From the NCBI RefSeq assembly GCF_000270205.1, contig NC_015913.1, positions 990,001 to 1,022,000 on the forward strand: a DNA stretch of 32,000 bases. The letters run 5' to 3'. Positions 17,473 through 27,954 of the stretch are shown piece by piece. Both the position numbers and the translations under genes were made by a program. The notes under the pieces are model-generated. The model saw nothing but the letters and a program-made list of their open reading frames with translations, searched no databases and was not told where the DNA came from. Each line of letters begins with the position of its first letter. Position 1 is the stretch's first letter. This DNA is from Candidatus Arthromitus sp. SFB-mouse-Japan. GTDB taxonomy: Bacteria > Bacillota > Clostridia > Clostridiales > Clostridiaceae.

Positions 17473-18699
17473 ATGAAACCATTAGCTGATAAAATTAGAC
17501 CTGAAAAAATCGAAGATTTTGTTGGACAATCACATTTAATAGGTAAAAATAAAATTATAAGTAGCATCATTAAATCAAAAAAAATACCAAATATGATAAT
17601 ATATGGACCACCTGGAACTGGAAAAACATCTTTAGCAAACATTCTTTCTAAACAATGTAATAAATCATTCTATAAACTAAATGGAACAATAACAAATACT
17701 GATCAAATAAAGCAAATAATAAAAGAAACTTACAATCTTTCAGAACACAACGGTATTATCTTATTTATAGATGAACTTCACTTCCTTTCAAAAAAACAAC
17801 AACAGATCATTTTAGAATTCATTGAAAATGGATACATAACATTAATAGGTAGCACAACCGAAAACATAAATTTTTCAATTGTAGACTCAATTATTAGCAG
17901 ATGTATCCTAATCAATTTTAAACCATTAACTAGCTCTGATATTAAAAACAAATTAATAAACGTTATCGATGAAAATTTTAAAGATTATGAATTTAACGAA
18001 GAGAGTATAAAATATATCGCAAACATATCTAATGGCGATCTTAGAAAGGCATTAAACATCTTGGAATTATGCACAATTACATTTAATCCAAATATAAGCA
18101 TAACTATGGATAAAATAGAATCGCTATCTCAATCCACAGTGAATCTAAGTATCAAAAATAAAGACAATTTATATAATAATTTAAGCTATTTACAAAAATC
18201 AATAAGAGGATCAGATCCAAATGCAGCATCAATAGCACTTTCATTACTAATAGAATCCGGTGACTTAAACTCTATCTGTAGAAGATTGCTCGTAATAGCA
18301 TCAGAAGACATAGGTTTAGCATACCCTCAAGCAATCTCCATTGTTAAATCATGTATTGACTCTGCCATAATGCTTGGATTTCCCGAAGCAAAAATACCAC
18401 TTTCACAAGCAACAATATTACTAGCCACATCCCCAAAATCAAACACAGCATATTTAGCCATAAATAGAGCATTAGAAGATGTTAAAAAAAATCAAATAGA
18501 AATTCCTTCGTACTTATGTTCAAACTATTCAAACAATAAAATAAATGAAAAAACCAAATACCTTTATCCTCATGACTATCCTAATAATTATATCAAACAA
18601 GACTATCTCCCACATAAACTTAAAGACAAAATTTACTATAATTATGGTAATAATAAATTTGAACAATCCATTAAAGATTTTTGGCAAAAAATAAAGTAG
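17473..18699 (+). CDS. rarA: Replication-associated recombination protein A (RarA/MgsA AAA+ ATPase)
   Basis: MKPLADKIRPEKIEDFVGQSHL, Walker A GPPGTGKTS, Walker B ILFIDELH, and C-terminal MgsA-type helical domain (YNNLSYLQKSIRGSDPNAA). GGAGGA lies 5 nt upstream of the ATG at 17473, so the 26-codon 5' extension in the track is rejected. Confidence 0.9.
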   Translation: MKPLADKIRPEKIEDFVGQSHLIGKNKIISSIIKSKKIPNMIIYGPPGTGKTSLANILSKQCNKSFYKLNGTITNTDQIKQIIKETYNLSEHNGIILFIDELHFLSKKQQQIILEFIENGYITLIGSTTENINFSIVDSIISRCILINFKPLTSSDIKNKLINVIDENFKDYEFNEESIKYIANISNGDLRKALNILELCTITFNPNISITMDKIESLSQSTVNLSIKNKDNLYNNLSYLQKSIRGSDPNAASIALSLLIESGDLNSICRRLLVIASEDIGLAYPQAISIVKSCIDSAIMLGFPEAKIPLSQATILLATSPKSNTAYLAINRALEDVKKNQIEIPSYLCSNYSNNKINEKTKYLYPHDYPNNYIKQDYLPHKLKDKIYYNYGNNKFEQSIKDFWQKIK

Positions 18700-18720
18700 G
18701 TAGCATAAAATAGACTACCT
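18698..18720. terminator. Weak hairpin between convergent rarA and dnaJ
   Basis: AGGTAG-N11-CTACCT (6-bp stem, 11-nt loop) overlapping the rarA stop. On the minus strand it is followed by ACTTTATTTTTT. Confidence 0.35.
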
Positions 18721-18728
18721 GCTTCATT

Positions 18729-19883
18729 TTAGAAAAATTTCTTAAAACCCTTCTTCTTACTATCTTGCTTTCTTTCAGTATAATGTTCTTGACTTCCTTC
18801 ATAAGCCTCCCTCATCAATTCGACAGCTTGCCGTTGGCTATCATTATGAACACTAGGAACATCTACTACTATTCTAACATGATGTTCTCCTCTAAAATTC
18901 GAGTTAACTTTATAAACACCTTTACCTTTCAATACATGAACAGTACCTGATTGAGTACCTTCTTTAATATTTATTTTATGTTCACCATCAAGTGTTTCAA
19001 TAACACTATCCCCACCAAGTATAGCAATCCAAATAGGTATATGATGATCAGTAAAAATATCATTATCCTTGCGTTTAAATTTATTACTACTCATTACATT
19101 TATAGCAATATATAAATCTCCAGAAGGTGCACCAAGATCTCCAACCTCTCCTTCACCCCTCATTGATATCACCTGACCAGTATCAATCCCTCTAGGTATG
19201 TCAATAGTTATCTTCTTCTCGGTATTAACTTTACCACTGCCTCTACACGTAGCACATGGATTTAAGTTAATCTTCCCTACACCAGAACATTTTGAACAAG
19301 TAGTCATAGATACCATACTTCCAAATGGAGTATTTCTCTGAACCTTTATCTGACCACTTCCATGGCATTTATCGCATGTAGTCCTATCAGTTCCTGTTTT
19401 ACTTCCTGTCCCAGAACATGTACCACATCTATCTTTACGTCTTATAAATATATCCTTGGTACATCCAAAAACTGCCTCATCAAATGTTAGTGTCAATCTA
19501 TATTCTAAATCTTCTCCTGGTTTAGGACCTCTCTTAGATCTTCCTCCACCAAATCCTCCTCCGGTGAAAAAACTAGAAAATATATCGCCTAAATCAAAAT
19601 CCATATCGAATCCTTCAAATCCACCACCAGCTGAAGAAGATCCATAGCTAGCTCCTTTTGTATAAGCATCATGCCCTACTCTATCATAACTAGCCCTTTT
19701 ACTACTATCACTTAAAACCTGATATGCTTCATTTATTTCCTTAAACTTTTTTTCAGCCTCAGCATTACCCTTATTTCTATCTGGATGATACTTTATAGCC
19801 TGTTTTTTAAAGGCACTCTTTATTTCTGACTCTGAAGCATTACTACTAACCCCTAAAACTTCATAGTAATTCTTATTAGACAT
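18729..19883 (-). CDS. dnaJ: Molecular chaperone DnaJ
   Basis: J domain with HPD (KYHPDRN), a G/F-rich linker, and four CxxCxGxG zinc-finger repeats ([32 protein letters not shown]). Confidence 0.97.
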   Translation of the reverse strand: MSNKNYYEVLGVSSNASESEIKSAFKKQAIKYHPDRNKGNAEAEKKFKEINEAYQVLSDSSKRASYDRVGHDAYTKGASYGSSSAGGGFEGFDMDFDLGDIFSSFFTGGGFGGGRSKRGPKPGEDLEYRLTLTFDEAVFGCTKDIFIRRKDRCGTCSGTGSKTGTDRTTCDKCHGSGQIKVQRNTPFGSMVSMTTCSKCSGVGKINLNPCATCRGSGKVNTEKKITIDIPRGIDTGQVISMRGEGEVGDLGAPSGDLYIAINVMSSNKFKRKDNDIFTDHHIPIWIAILGGDSVIETLDGEHKINIKEGTQSGTVHVLKGKGVYKVNSNFRGEHHVRIVVDVPSVHNDSQRQAVELMREAYEGSQEHYTERKQDSKKKGFKKFF

Positions 19884-19932
19884 ACATCACCTCAGTTTAT
19901 TACCAAAAATTATGGTACATAAAATATAATTA

Positions 19933-21762
19933 TTAATTATTATCCTCTACTTTATAATCTTTTGCTTCATATGTTTGTTGATTTTCAGTATTTGTTGTCC
20001 CTTCCGTTCCTGCAACATTTGGGTCTTGCTGATACATTTTACTAGATAATGCATAAAATGCTTGAGTTAATTCTTCTTGACTCTTTTTAATCAACTCTAA
20101 ATCATCACCTTTTAAAGCTTCCTTAAGTGAATTTAATTTAGTCTCTATATCTGTTTTTTCTTCATTACTTACTTTTTCTCCAAACTCTTTCAATGCATTT
20201 TCCATTTGATAAACAGAACTTTCAGCGGTATTTCTAATTTCTATAGACTCTTTACGTTTTTTATCTTCTTCAGCATACTTTTCTGCTTCTTTAACTGCCT
20301 TATCTATTTCATCATCACTTAAATTAGTTGTAGCAGTTATTGTTATATCCGCCTTTTTACCTGATGCTTTATCCATAGCACTTACTTTAACAATACCATT
20401 TGCATCAATATCATAAGTAACTTCTATTTGAGGTACCCCTCTTGGCGCTGGTGGTATACCAGATAAAGTAAATCTTCCTAGAGTCTTATTATCTACAGCC
20501 ATTTGTCTTTCACCTTGAACAATGTGTATTTCAACAGATGTTTGATTATCTGCTGCTGTAGAGAAAACTTGGCTCTTAGTTACAGGTATTGTAGTATTCC
20601 TCTCTATAATAATTGTAGATACTCCTCCTAAAGTTTCAATTCCTAAACTAAGAGGTGTAACATCTAATAATAACAAACCAGAATTTTCATAATCACCAGC
20701 CAATATACCACCTTGTATAGCTGCTCCAACCGCTACACATTCATCAGGATTAACTCCCTTTGATGGTTCTTTCCCTGTAAAATTCTTTACTGCATCTTGT
20801 ATAGCAGGAATTCTAGTAGATCCACCAACCAACACAACTTTATTTATATCTCCAATTTGCAATCCAGCATCTTGAAGTGCTTTTTTCATTGGTTCTAAAG
20901 TTCTATTCACAAGATCCAACGTTATCTCATTGAATTTAGCTCTTGATAATTGCAAATCAATATGCTTTGGTCCTGTAGCATCAGCTGTTATAAATGGTAA
21001 ATTTATATTAGTTTGTTGTGAAGATGAAAGCTCAATCTTCGCTTTCTCAGCAGCCTCCTTTAACCTTTGAAGCGCCATTTTATCATTTCTTAAATCTATA
21101 CTATTATTGGATTTAAAATCATCTGCTATAAAATCAATTATCTTTTGATCAAAATCATCTCCACCTAAAAATGTATCTCCATTAGTTGCAAGAACTTCAA
21201 ACACACCATCTCCAAGTTCCAATATAGATACGTCAAATGTACCTCCACCTAAATCATATACTAAAATCTTTTCCTGAGTTGATGTCTTATCAATCCCGTA
21301 AGCTAGTGAAGCTGCTGTTGGTTCATTTATTATCCTCAACACTTCAAGACCAGCTATTTTACCAGCATCCTTTGTTGCTTGCCTCTGACTATCATTAAAA
21401 TAGGCAGGAACTGTTATTACTGCTTGAGTAACTTTTTCCCCTAAATATGCTTCCGCATCCAACTTAATTTTTTGAAGAACCATTGATGATATTTCCTGTG
21501 GAGAATATTTTTTACCATCTATATCAACTTTATAATCTGTTCCCATATGTCTCTTGATAGAGATAATTGTTTTATCAGGATTAGTAATCGCCTGCCTCTT
21601 AGCAACTTGACCTACTAACCTCTCTCCATTATTTTGAAATGAAACTACTGAAGGAGTAGTCCTTCCACCCTCAGAATTAGGAATTACAACTGGCTCTCCA
21701 CCTTCCATTACAGCAACACATGAATTAGTTGTTCCTAAATCAATACCTATAACTTTTCCCAT
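19933..21762 (-). CDS. dnaK: Molecular chaperone DnaK (Hsp70)
   Basis: [28 protein letters not shown], and [18 protein letters not shown] lies 6 nt upstream of the ATG at 21762, so the 15-codon extension in the track is rejected. Confidence 0.98.
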   Translation of the reverse strand: MGKVIGIDLGTTNSCVAVMEGGEPVVIPNSEGGRTTPSVVSFQNNGERLVGQVAKRQAITNPDKTIISIKRHMGTDYKVDIDGKKYSPQEISSMVLQKIKLDAEAYLGEKVTQAVITVPAYFNDSQRQATKDAGKIAGLEVLRIINEPTAASLAYGIDKTSTQEKILVYDLGGGTFDVSILELGDGVFEVLATNGDTFLGGDDFDQKIIDFIADDFKSNNSIDLRNDKMALQRLKEAAEKAKIELSSSQQTNINLPFITADATGPKHIDLQLSRAKFNEITLDLVNRTLEPMKKALQDAGLQIGDINKVVLVGGSTRIPAIQDAVKNFTGKEPSKGVNPDECVAVGAAIQGGILAGDYENSGLLLLDVTPLSLGIETLGGVSTIIIERNTTIPVTKSQVFSTAADNQTSVEIHIVQGERQMAVDNKTLGRFTLSGIPPAPRGVPQIEVTYDIDANGIVKVSAMDKASGKKADITITATTNLSDDEIDKAVKEAEKYAEEDKKRKESIEIRNTAESSVYQMENALKEFGEKVSNEEKTDIETKLNSLKEALKGDDLELIKKSQEELTQAFYALSSKMYQQDPNVAGTEGTTNTENQQTYEAKDYKVEDNN

Positions 21763-21796
21763 AATAAACCTCCAAATTAAACTTATTTTTTGTCTC

Positions 21797-22348
21797 TTAA
21801 TTGGCAACCTTAACCATACTATGCCTTATAATTTTATCTTTTATCATATATCCTTTTTGTAAAACTTCTACTATAGTATTCTTTTCTAAATTCTCATCAT
21901 TTATATGCATTACAGCTTCATGCAAATTTGGATCAAATCTAGATTTGCAATCTATTTCTTTGACATCCATCTTTTCTAAAGTAGTATTAAATAATTTAAT
22001 TACCATATTGATTCCTTGTTTAAGTGAATCCATATCAGCACTGGCAGAATTAGCTCTCTCCAGGTTATCTAATATAGGTAAAACTTCAGATATTATATCC
22101 ACACAAGAATTACTATATAACTCACTCTTCTCTCGTGTACTTCTCTTCCTATAATTATCATACTCTGCACTAATTCTCAATATCTTATCCTTTAAAGAAT
22201 CAACCTCTGATTTCAATCCTTCATTTTCTTTTTTTAACATATCAAGTTCATCTATATTGTTACATTGACACTCATCTTCTAAATTTTGATTTTTTTCTTC
22301 TGACTCCATATCATTTTCTTCTGACGATACATTATTTTCTTCTATCAT
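21797..22348 (-). CDS. grpE: Nucleotide exchange factor GrpE
   Basis: 183 aa. Acidic N-terminus, coiled coil, the [12 protein letters not shown] motif, and C-terminal FDPNLHEAV...GY. Sits between hrcA and dnaK. Confidence 0.95.
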   Translation of the reverse strand: MIEENNVSSEENDMESEEKNQNLEDECQCNNIDELDMLKKENEGLKSEVDSLKDKILRISAEYDNYRKRSTREKSELYSNSCVDIISEVLPILDNLERANSASADMDSLKQGINMVIKLFNTTLEKMDVKEIDCKSRFDPNLHEAVMHINDENLEKNTIVEVLQKGYMIKDKIIRHSMVKVAN

Positions 22349-22379
22349 TTTTAATTAACACCTCCGTAACACTAGACTT

Positions 22380-23396
22380 TTAATCAATATTTGTATTTAT
22401 AAAATCTATTAAAAATTTGACCATTGTTACTATTTTAGCATAATCCATTCTTGTAAGACCTATTATCCCTATAGTTCCTAATACTTTCCCATTTCTTATA
22501 CAATTACCTAAAACAACACTGTAATTTTTAGCCTCTTCTATACTATTTTCTTCTCCAATCTTAATCTGGATATTATTACCACAGTCACAATTAAGCAAAC
22601 CATTAAATCTATTGATATTATTAAAAAAACATACTAATTCTCTTACTTTATCAATGCTATTAAACTCCGGATAACTCAAAATGTTATCAATTCCTTCAAA
22701 ATAGTAACTAGCCTCAGTATCGTACATAAACAAATTACGTAAGATTAAAATTAATTGATCAAATATATTCCTATCTAAATTTAAACATTGTACAGATTCC
22801 CATACCAAATCCAAGTCTATATCTTCAAATCTACGCGAAATACAATGATCATTAATTATTTTATTAATTACACTAATACTTTTATGATCTATAATTCTAT
22901 TTAACTTAATAATATTATTTCTTATAATACCTTCATTGGTGATAATAACAGCCAATAGACTATATGTACTTATTTCAATAAACTCAATTGATTTTATGGA
23001 ATTTTCAATTACTGATGGTATTTTTAATACACAAGCCAAATTTGTCAATTTAGAAATGAGAGATAATTTAGATTTTAAAATATTTTCAAAGTCAAATAAA
23101 TCCAAATTTAACAAATTAGATTCAATATATTTTTTTTCCTCATTACTAATTTGTTTTGGTTTCATTAACTTATCTACATATAATCTGTACCCTTTATTTG
23201 AGGGTCTTCTACCAGAAGAAATATGAACCTGCTCTAAAAATCCTAATTCCTCTAAATCCGACATTTCGTTCCTAATAGTTGCCGAACTTATCCCTAAATT
23301 GTACTTCCTAGATAACGTTCTTGATCCTACCGGCTCACCTGTATATATAAAATCCTGAATTATTGAATATAATATTTTACTTTTTCTCTCATTCAT
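22380..23396 (-). CDS. hrcA: Heat-inducible transcription repressor HrcA
   Basis: 338 aa. N-terminal winged helix (ERKSKILYSIIQDFIYTGEPVGSRTLSRKY). First gene of the hrcA-grpE-dnaK-dnaJ operon, with CIRCE immediately upstream. Confidence 0.95.
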   Translation of the reverse strand: MNERKSKILYSIIQDFIYTGEPVGSRTLSRKYNLGISSATIRNEMSDLEELGFLEQVHISSGRRPSNKGYRLYVDKLMKPKQISNEEKKYIESNLLNLDLFDFENILKSKLSLISKLTNLACVLKIPSVIENSIKSIEFIEISTYSLLAVIITNEGIIRNNIIKLNRIIDHKSISVINKIINDHCISRRFEDIDLDLVWESVQCLNLDRNIFDQLILILRNLFMYDTEASYYFEGIDNILSYPEFNSIDKVRELVCFFNNINRFNGLLNCDCGNNIQIKIGEENSIEEAKNYSVVLGNCIRNGKVLGTIGIIGLTRMDYAKIVTMVKFLIDFINTNID

Positions 23397-23415
23397 AATA
23401 ATTAACCTCTCTTTA

Positions 23416-23442
23416 TTAGCACTCCATATCCAAGAGTGCTAA
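23416..23442 (-). promoter_or_regulatory. CIRCE operator (HrcA binding site)
   Basis: TTAGCACTC-CATATCCAA-GAGTGCTAA is an exact match to the CIRCE consensus TTAGCACTC-N9-GAGTGCTAA. It lies between the promoter and the hrcA SD. Confidence 0.95.
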
Positions 23443-23454
23443 TGGCTTGAAAAT

Positions 23455-23483
23455 AAAATAACATTTTAAATGGAATTTGTCAA
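23455..23483 (-). promoter_or_regulatory. SigmaA-type promoter of the hrcA operon
   Basis: Minus strand TTGACA (23483-78), 17 nt, TATTTT (23460-55) preceded by TGt (extended -10). CIRCE begins about 12 nt downstream of the -10. Confidence 0.6.
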
Positions 23484-23493
23484 ATTTTTTTAT

Positions 23494-24621
23494 TTATAAC
23501 TTTCCCATAAAATCTTTTAAAATTAAATTCATTAAGATCATTCCTTCATTTGTTATAAAAACCATTTTATCTACAACATCCATTAATCCATTCTTTTTAT
23601 ACTTATTAACAACTTCACCAAATACGGAAAGAAAACTCGAATCAAATCTAGTGTTAAAATCTTCTAAAGATATTCCCCTTATTTTCCTTAAACCTAGCAT
23701 TATGTATTCTTCAATATTATCAACAAACGAATTATTATAAACATTTTCATAAATAAGTTTGTTATTTTTTTTAAGCATCTCTATATATGTACTTATATTC
23801 TTCGTATTTTCAAAACGCACATTTTTATAAAATGAATGAGCAGAAACTCCTATACCTATATAATCATTAAAATTCCAATATATCAAATTATGTAAACAAG
23901 ATTTATTATATTTAGAATAATTCGAAACTTCATATTGTTCAAATCCATTCAACTCTAAAAAATACTTAGTGTATTTATACATATCTATTTGAATATCTTC
24001 ATCGCTCTCAACAAAATTCCCTTTTTTATACATATTGTAAAATTTAGTATTCTTCTCTAATATTAAACTATATGCAGAAATATGGGACAAATCATATTGA
24101 ATTATTCTCTGCAATGTAACTTCATAATCATATAATTTTTCATTAGGTATCCCATAAATTAGGTCTACATTCAAATTTTCAAAACCAACATTTTGTGCGT
24201 AATTTATGCTTTTTTCAAAATCATCAAACGAATGAGTTCTACCAATAAAATTTAATGTAGACAAATTGGCACTCTGTAATCCTATACTCAATCTATCTAT
24301 TCCATAGCATTCCATAATTTTCAGTTTACTATAAGTCAAAGTTCCAGGATTACATTCAATTGTAAATTCTAAAATCCTATTTAAATCACATCTATCACTT
24401 ATACCCTTTAATAATTTTTCTAACTGCTTATCATTAAGATAACTAGGTGTACCTCCACCAATAAATATAGTATCGAATTTTTCATGCTTGTATAAATCTA
24501 ATTCTAATAATAACGCACTTATATATTCATCAATCAAATGTTCACTTCTAATATAAGATGTAAAATCGCAATAATAACACTTACTAGCACAAAAAGGTAT
24601 GTGAATATAAAGACCGATCAT
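23494..24621 (-). CDS. hemW: Radical SAM heme chaperone HemW (HemN-like, formerly annotated as oxygen-independent coproporphyrinogen III oxidase)
   Basis: 375 aa. N-terminal YIHIPFCASKCYYCDF (CxxxCxxC) and GGGTPS. Position after lepA as in B. subtilis. Confidence 0.9.
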   Translation of the reverse strand: MIGLYIHIPFCASKCYYCDFTSYIRSEHLIDEYISALLLELDLYKHEKFDTIFIGGGTPSYLNDKQLEKLLKGISDRCDLNRILEFTIECNPGTLTYSKLKIMECYGIDRLSIGLQSANLSTLNFIGRTHSFDDFEKSINYAQNVGFENLNVDLIYGIPNEKLYDYEVTLQRIIQYDLSHISAYSLILEKNTKFYNMYKKGNFVESDEDIQIDMYKYTKYFLELNGFEQYEVSNYSKYNKSCLHNLIYWNFNDYIGIGVSAHSFYKNVRFENTKNISTYIEMLKKNNKLIYENVYNNSFVDNIEEYIMLGLRKIRGISLEDFNTRFDSSFLSVFGEVVNKYKKNGLMDVVDKMVFITNEGMILMNLILKDFMGKL

Positions 24622-24622
24622 T

Positions 24623-26431
24623 TTAATCTACCTTTAAAACAGATATGAAAGCCTCTTGCGGTATTTCAACTGATCCAACCTGTCTCATCCTTTTCTTGCC
24701 TTCTTTCTGCTTTTCAAGCAATTTCTTCTTTCTAGTTATATCACCGCCATAACATTTAGATAACACATCTTTTCTAACTGCTTTAACTGTCTCACGAGCA
24801 ATTATCTTGGCTCCGATAGCTGCCTGTATAGGTATCTCAAATAACTGCCTAGGTATAATAGTTTTTAACTTATCCACAATATTTTTTCCTCTCTGATACG
24901 CTTTCTCTTGCGGAACTATCATGGACAAAGCATCAACAGGATTACCATTTAACAAAATATCCAATTTAACCAATTTGGTTTTCTGATATCCGCTCAATTC
25001 ATAATCAAATGAAGCATATCCTTTTGTTTTCGATTTTAATGTATCAAAAAAATCATATATTATTTCATTTAGAGGCATCACATATTTTAAAATCACTCTT
25101 GTTGTATCTAAATACTGCATATCAATAAAATTAGCACGTCTTCCTTGGCACAATTCCATAACACCTCCAACAAATTCTGAAGGAGTTATTATTGTAGCGT
25201 TAACTATCGGTTCTTCTGTAGACTCAACCTCTGTTGACTTAGGCATATTATACGGGTTTGTAATTTCTACAATATTTCCTGATGTCTTATTAACTTTATA
25301 AATAACAGATGGTGCTGTTATTATTATGTCTAAATTAAACTCACGCTCTAATCTTTCTTGTACTATTTCCATATGTAATAAACCTAAAAATCCACATCTA
25401 AATCCAAATCCTAATGCTAATGATGTCTCAGGTTCAAAAATCAATGCAGCATCATTTAATTGCAATTTCTCCAAAGCCTCTTTAAGTTCATCATATTTAT
25501 CTCCAACTATTGGATATATGCCACTAAAAACTGTCGGTATTGCGGACTTATACCCCTCTAAAGGCTCACTAGCCGGATTTTCAATAGATGTTATAGTATC
25601 CCCCACTCTAGCATCTTTTACATTTTTTATAGCTGCTGTCACATATCCAACTTCTCCAGCCTGTAATAAATCTATAGATTTATAACTTGGCGTAAAAATA
25701 CCCACCTCTGTAACCTCATATTCTTTATTAGAGAACATAAATCTAATCTTCATTTGAGGTTTTATATACCCTTCTTTTACTCTTATATAACAGATTACAC
25801 CTCTATAAGAATCATACATTGAATCAAACACAAGTGCTTTCAATGGAGCATTAATATTTCCCCTAGGTTTAGGTATTTTTCTAACTATAGTTTCCAAAAC
25901 ATCCCCTATATTTAATCCTGTTTTAGCAGATATAGCAGGAGCATCTTGTGCCTCTATACCTATAATATCTTCTATTTCTTCTCTTACTTCCTCAGTTCTC
26001 TGACTAGGTAAATCAACTTTATTCAAGACTGGTACAACCTCGAGTCCAGCATCAGAGGCTAAATAACAATTTGCTAAAGTTTGTGCCTGAATTCCCTGAC
26101 TAGCATCAACAACAAGTATCGCACCTTCACAAGCGGCTAAACTTCTGGAGACCTCATAATTAAAATCAACATGACCAGGAGTATCTATCAAATTTAATAT
26201 GTATTCTTCATTATCAACTGGACTTGTATATATAAGCCTTACAGCCTGAGATTTAATAGTTATACCTCTCTCTTTCTCTAGTTCCATATTGTCTAAAACT
26301 TGAGCTTCCATCTCTCTCTTTGTCAAAGTTCCGGTAATCTCTATCAATCTATCAGCTAAAGTTGATTTACCATGATCTATATGTGCTATAATACAGAAAT
26401 TACGTATATTATCTTGTTTTTTATTGTTCAT
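24623..26431 (-). CDS. lepA: Translation elongation factor 4 (LepA)
   Basis: 602 aa. [33 protein letters not shown], and the LepA-specific C-terminal domain. AGGTGA SD upstream. Confidence 0.97.
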   Translation of the reverse strand: MNNKKQDNIRNFCIIAHIDHGKSTLADRLIEITGTLTKREMEAQVLDNMELEKERGITIKSQAVRLIYTSPVDNEEYILNLIDTPGHVDFNYEVSRSLAACEGAILVVDASQGIQAQTLANCYLASDAGLEVVPVLNKVDLPSQRTEEVREEIEDIIGIEAQDAPAISAKTGLNIGDVLETIVRKIPKPRGNINAPLKALVFDSMYDSYRGVICYIRVKEGYIKPQMKIRFMFSNKEYEVTEVGIFTPSYKSIDLLQAGEVGYVTAAIKNVKDARVGDTITSIENPASEPLEGYKSAIPTVFSGIYPIVGDKYDELKEALEKLQLNDAALIFEPETSLALGFGFRCGFLGLLHMEIVQERLEREFNLDIIITAPSVIYKVNKTSGNIVEITNPYNMPKSTEVESTEEPIVNATIITPSEFVGGVMELCQGRRANFIDMQYLDTTRVILKYVMPLNEIIYDFFDTLKSKTKGYASFDYELSGYQKTKLVKLDILLNGNPVDALSMIVPQEKAYQRGKNIVDKLKTIIPRQLFEIPIQAAIGAKIIARETVKAVRKDVLSKCYGGDITRKKKLLEKQKEGKKRMRQVGSVEIPQEAFISVLKVD

Positions 26432-26523
26432 CTAAAAATCACCTACAAATTAATTAAATATACATTTATAAATTATAAAATATAATTGTAGAAATTAACA
26501 CTCCTTAATTTGATATGAATTTT

Positions 26524-26811
26524 CTATCTCTTCCAAGGGAACTTTAAACTAAAAATTTTTTCTTCTCCCTTTATCCTTAAAATCACATCATATCCATAAC
26601 TTTCTTTGTAAATACTTATTAACGCTTGATCATCAAATGTTGTTATGTTTAAACTATCTTCATTTGTTCTATTTTCCTGAACCTCTCTAACACTATTTAC
26701 AATTCCTGTAGAAGAATATACAACATTAATCTTTACAAAGCCTGCACTAAAAACAAAGATGAACAAAAAAATTCCAAAGATATATTTAAGATTTCTTCTT
26801 TTAAAAAACAA
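26524..26811 (-). CDS. Small N-terminally membrane-anchored protein of unknown function, at the yqxA position
   Basis: 95 aa. TM segment YIFGIFLFIFVFSAGFV. TTG start with AGGTGG 7 nt upstream. Occupies the spoIIP-lepA slot held by yqxA in B. subtilis, but I cannot confirm homology. Confidence 0.5.
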   Translation of the reverse strand: MFFKRRNLKYIFGIFLFIFVFSAGFVKINVVYSSTGIVNSVREVQENRTNEDSLNITTFDDQALISIYKESYGYDVILRIKGEEKIFSLKFPWKR

Positions 26812-26880
26812 AATAACACCACCTAAATAGTTTTATTTAGATGATGTCAATTTTCTTTATATATTATTCTATTTTTTATA

Positions 26881-27879
26881 TTATTGAGCTAAATATTCCC
26901 CTATAACATTTGATAATAATTTTGCTGAATTTATAGCTTCCTCCATAGTATTAAGTTGAGCACCCATCTCAATTAAGGCTAACTTAGAGGACTTAGTCTG
27001 ATTAAATGCATTACTTCCTCTTTCATAATAAAAAACACTCCTTGCAAATCCAGGATATAAATCATTTGCTAAACTCGTTAAATCCATTGCAAGTTCTTCG
27101 TTATCCAAATAATTAGGATTATTTTTAGCAACGACACACATTATCTTTGCAACACTCTTACCATCTATATCCGTGGTAACTAAATTTTTATTATCCAAAG
27201 AATCTCTATGTAAATCTAATATCAAATCAAAATCTTCAATTTCAGATAAATATTTATCCAATGTTTCTCCGGATCTTTTATAACTTTCTAAGTAGCTCGT
27301 ATTATGTATAGTTTTATCATGTATAACCTCGATATTATAATTTTTCTCAAGTTCTCTTTTAAGAACATCTCCCACACCTACAATATTATATTGTTCATAA
27401 AATGAATCGTTTTGAGCAGGTTTAAATGCTTCTGTTGTGTGTGTGTGATATATCAGTATCCTCTTCTTAGTATTATTCGAGTTAATAATTCCATTTGCTA
27501 TCCTATCATTCGTATTTAAATTTTCAGATGAATTATTATACATATTAGATGATAAATTACCTTCATCAATGTTAGTTGAATTTAAAATATTTACCTCCTT
27601 CTCAATTATAGAAATAGGATTTAATATATCAATTCCCAACACATATTTCACATCTTTAATAAATGCTTCCTTGGAATTTTCAAAATACTCACTATCCCAA
27701 AAAGGTATGTAATTATTCTTTAATATCGAACTATAAGCATAATTAAAATTTCCTGATATATTAAAATATATTATATAAACTTTCAGTATTATCCACAAAA
27801 TAATAATAGAAATTAATGTTACAATCCCTATTATTTTAAAATCTCTTAAGTTAATCTTATCTCTTTTTATCAATTGCAT
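26881..27879 (-). CDS. spoIIP: Stage II sporulation protein P (SpoIIP, engulfment amidase/endopeptidase)
   Basis: 332 aa. N-terminal TM anchor, ILIYHTHTTEAF and DLHRDS motifs of the SpoIIP family. gpr-spoIIP synteny. Confidence 0.9.
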   Translation of the reverse strand: MQLIKRDKINLRDFKIIGIVTLISIIILWIILKVYIIYFNISGNFNYAYSSILKNNYIPFWDSEYFENSKEAFIKDVKYVLGIDILNPISIIEKEVNILNSTNIDEGNLSSNMYNNSSENLNTNDRIANGIINSNNTKKRILIYHTHTTEAFKPAQNDSFYEQYNIVGVGDVLKRELEKNYNIEVIHDKTIHNTSYLESYKRSGETLDKYLSEIEDFDLILDLHRDSLDNKNLVTTDIDGKSVAKIMCVVAKNNPNYLDNEELAMDLTSLANDLYPGFARSVFYYERGSNAFNQTKSSKLALIEMGAQLNTMEEAINSAKLLSNVIGEYLAQ

Positions 27880-27884
27880 CTAAA

Positions 27885-27920
27885 TTAACCCCCTATATAA
27901 AAAATATATGAAGGGGGTAA
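27885..27920 (-). promoter_or_regulatory. GC-rich stem-loop between gpr and spoIIP; its 3' arm is the spoIIP SD
   Basis: Minus RNA: AUU-ACCCCCU-(17 nt AU loop)-AGGGGGU-U-AAU-UUAG-AUG. Core is 7 bp, five of them G-C, plus 3 more bp after a 1-nt bulge. AGGGGG is the only SD-like sequence upstream of the spoIIP ATG (9-nt spacing). No clean U-tract follows. Confidence 0.5.
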
Positions 27921-27954
27921 TATTTTATTATCTTTTTCTCTAAATTTTTATTTT

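Noticed and set aside
14629-18728. The dnaJ-prmA insert as a prophage remnant, transposon or integrative element
   Set aside because: No integrase, transposase or recombinase ORF, no terminal inverted or direct repeats that I could find at the two borders, no adjacent tRNA, and the same composition and codon style as the flanks.
7897-21807. Longer 5' starts given by the ORF track for ctc (7926), rpsU (9908), the DUF4214 protein (11220), prmA (14628), rarA (17395) and dnaK (21807)
   Set aside because: In each case a strong SD (AGGGAG, GGAGGGAGGG, AAAGGA, GGAGG, GGAGGA, GGAGG) sits 5-8 nt upstream of an internal ATG that also matches the family N-terminus. The extensions would read through the SD.
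27436-27447. (TG)6/(CA)6 dinucleotide run inside spoIIP
   Set aside because: It is simply the coding sequence of the conserved HTHT motif (cac aca cac aca). Nothing suggests phase variation.
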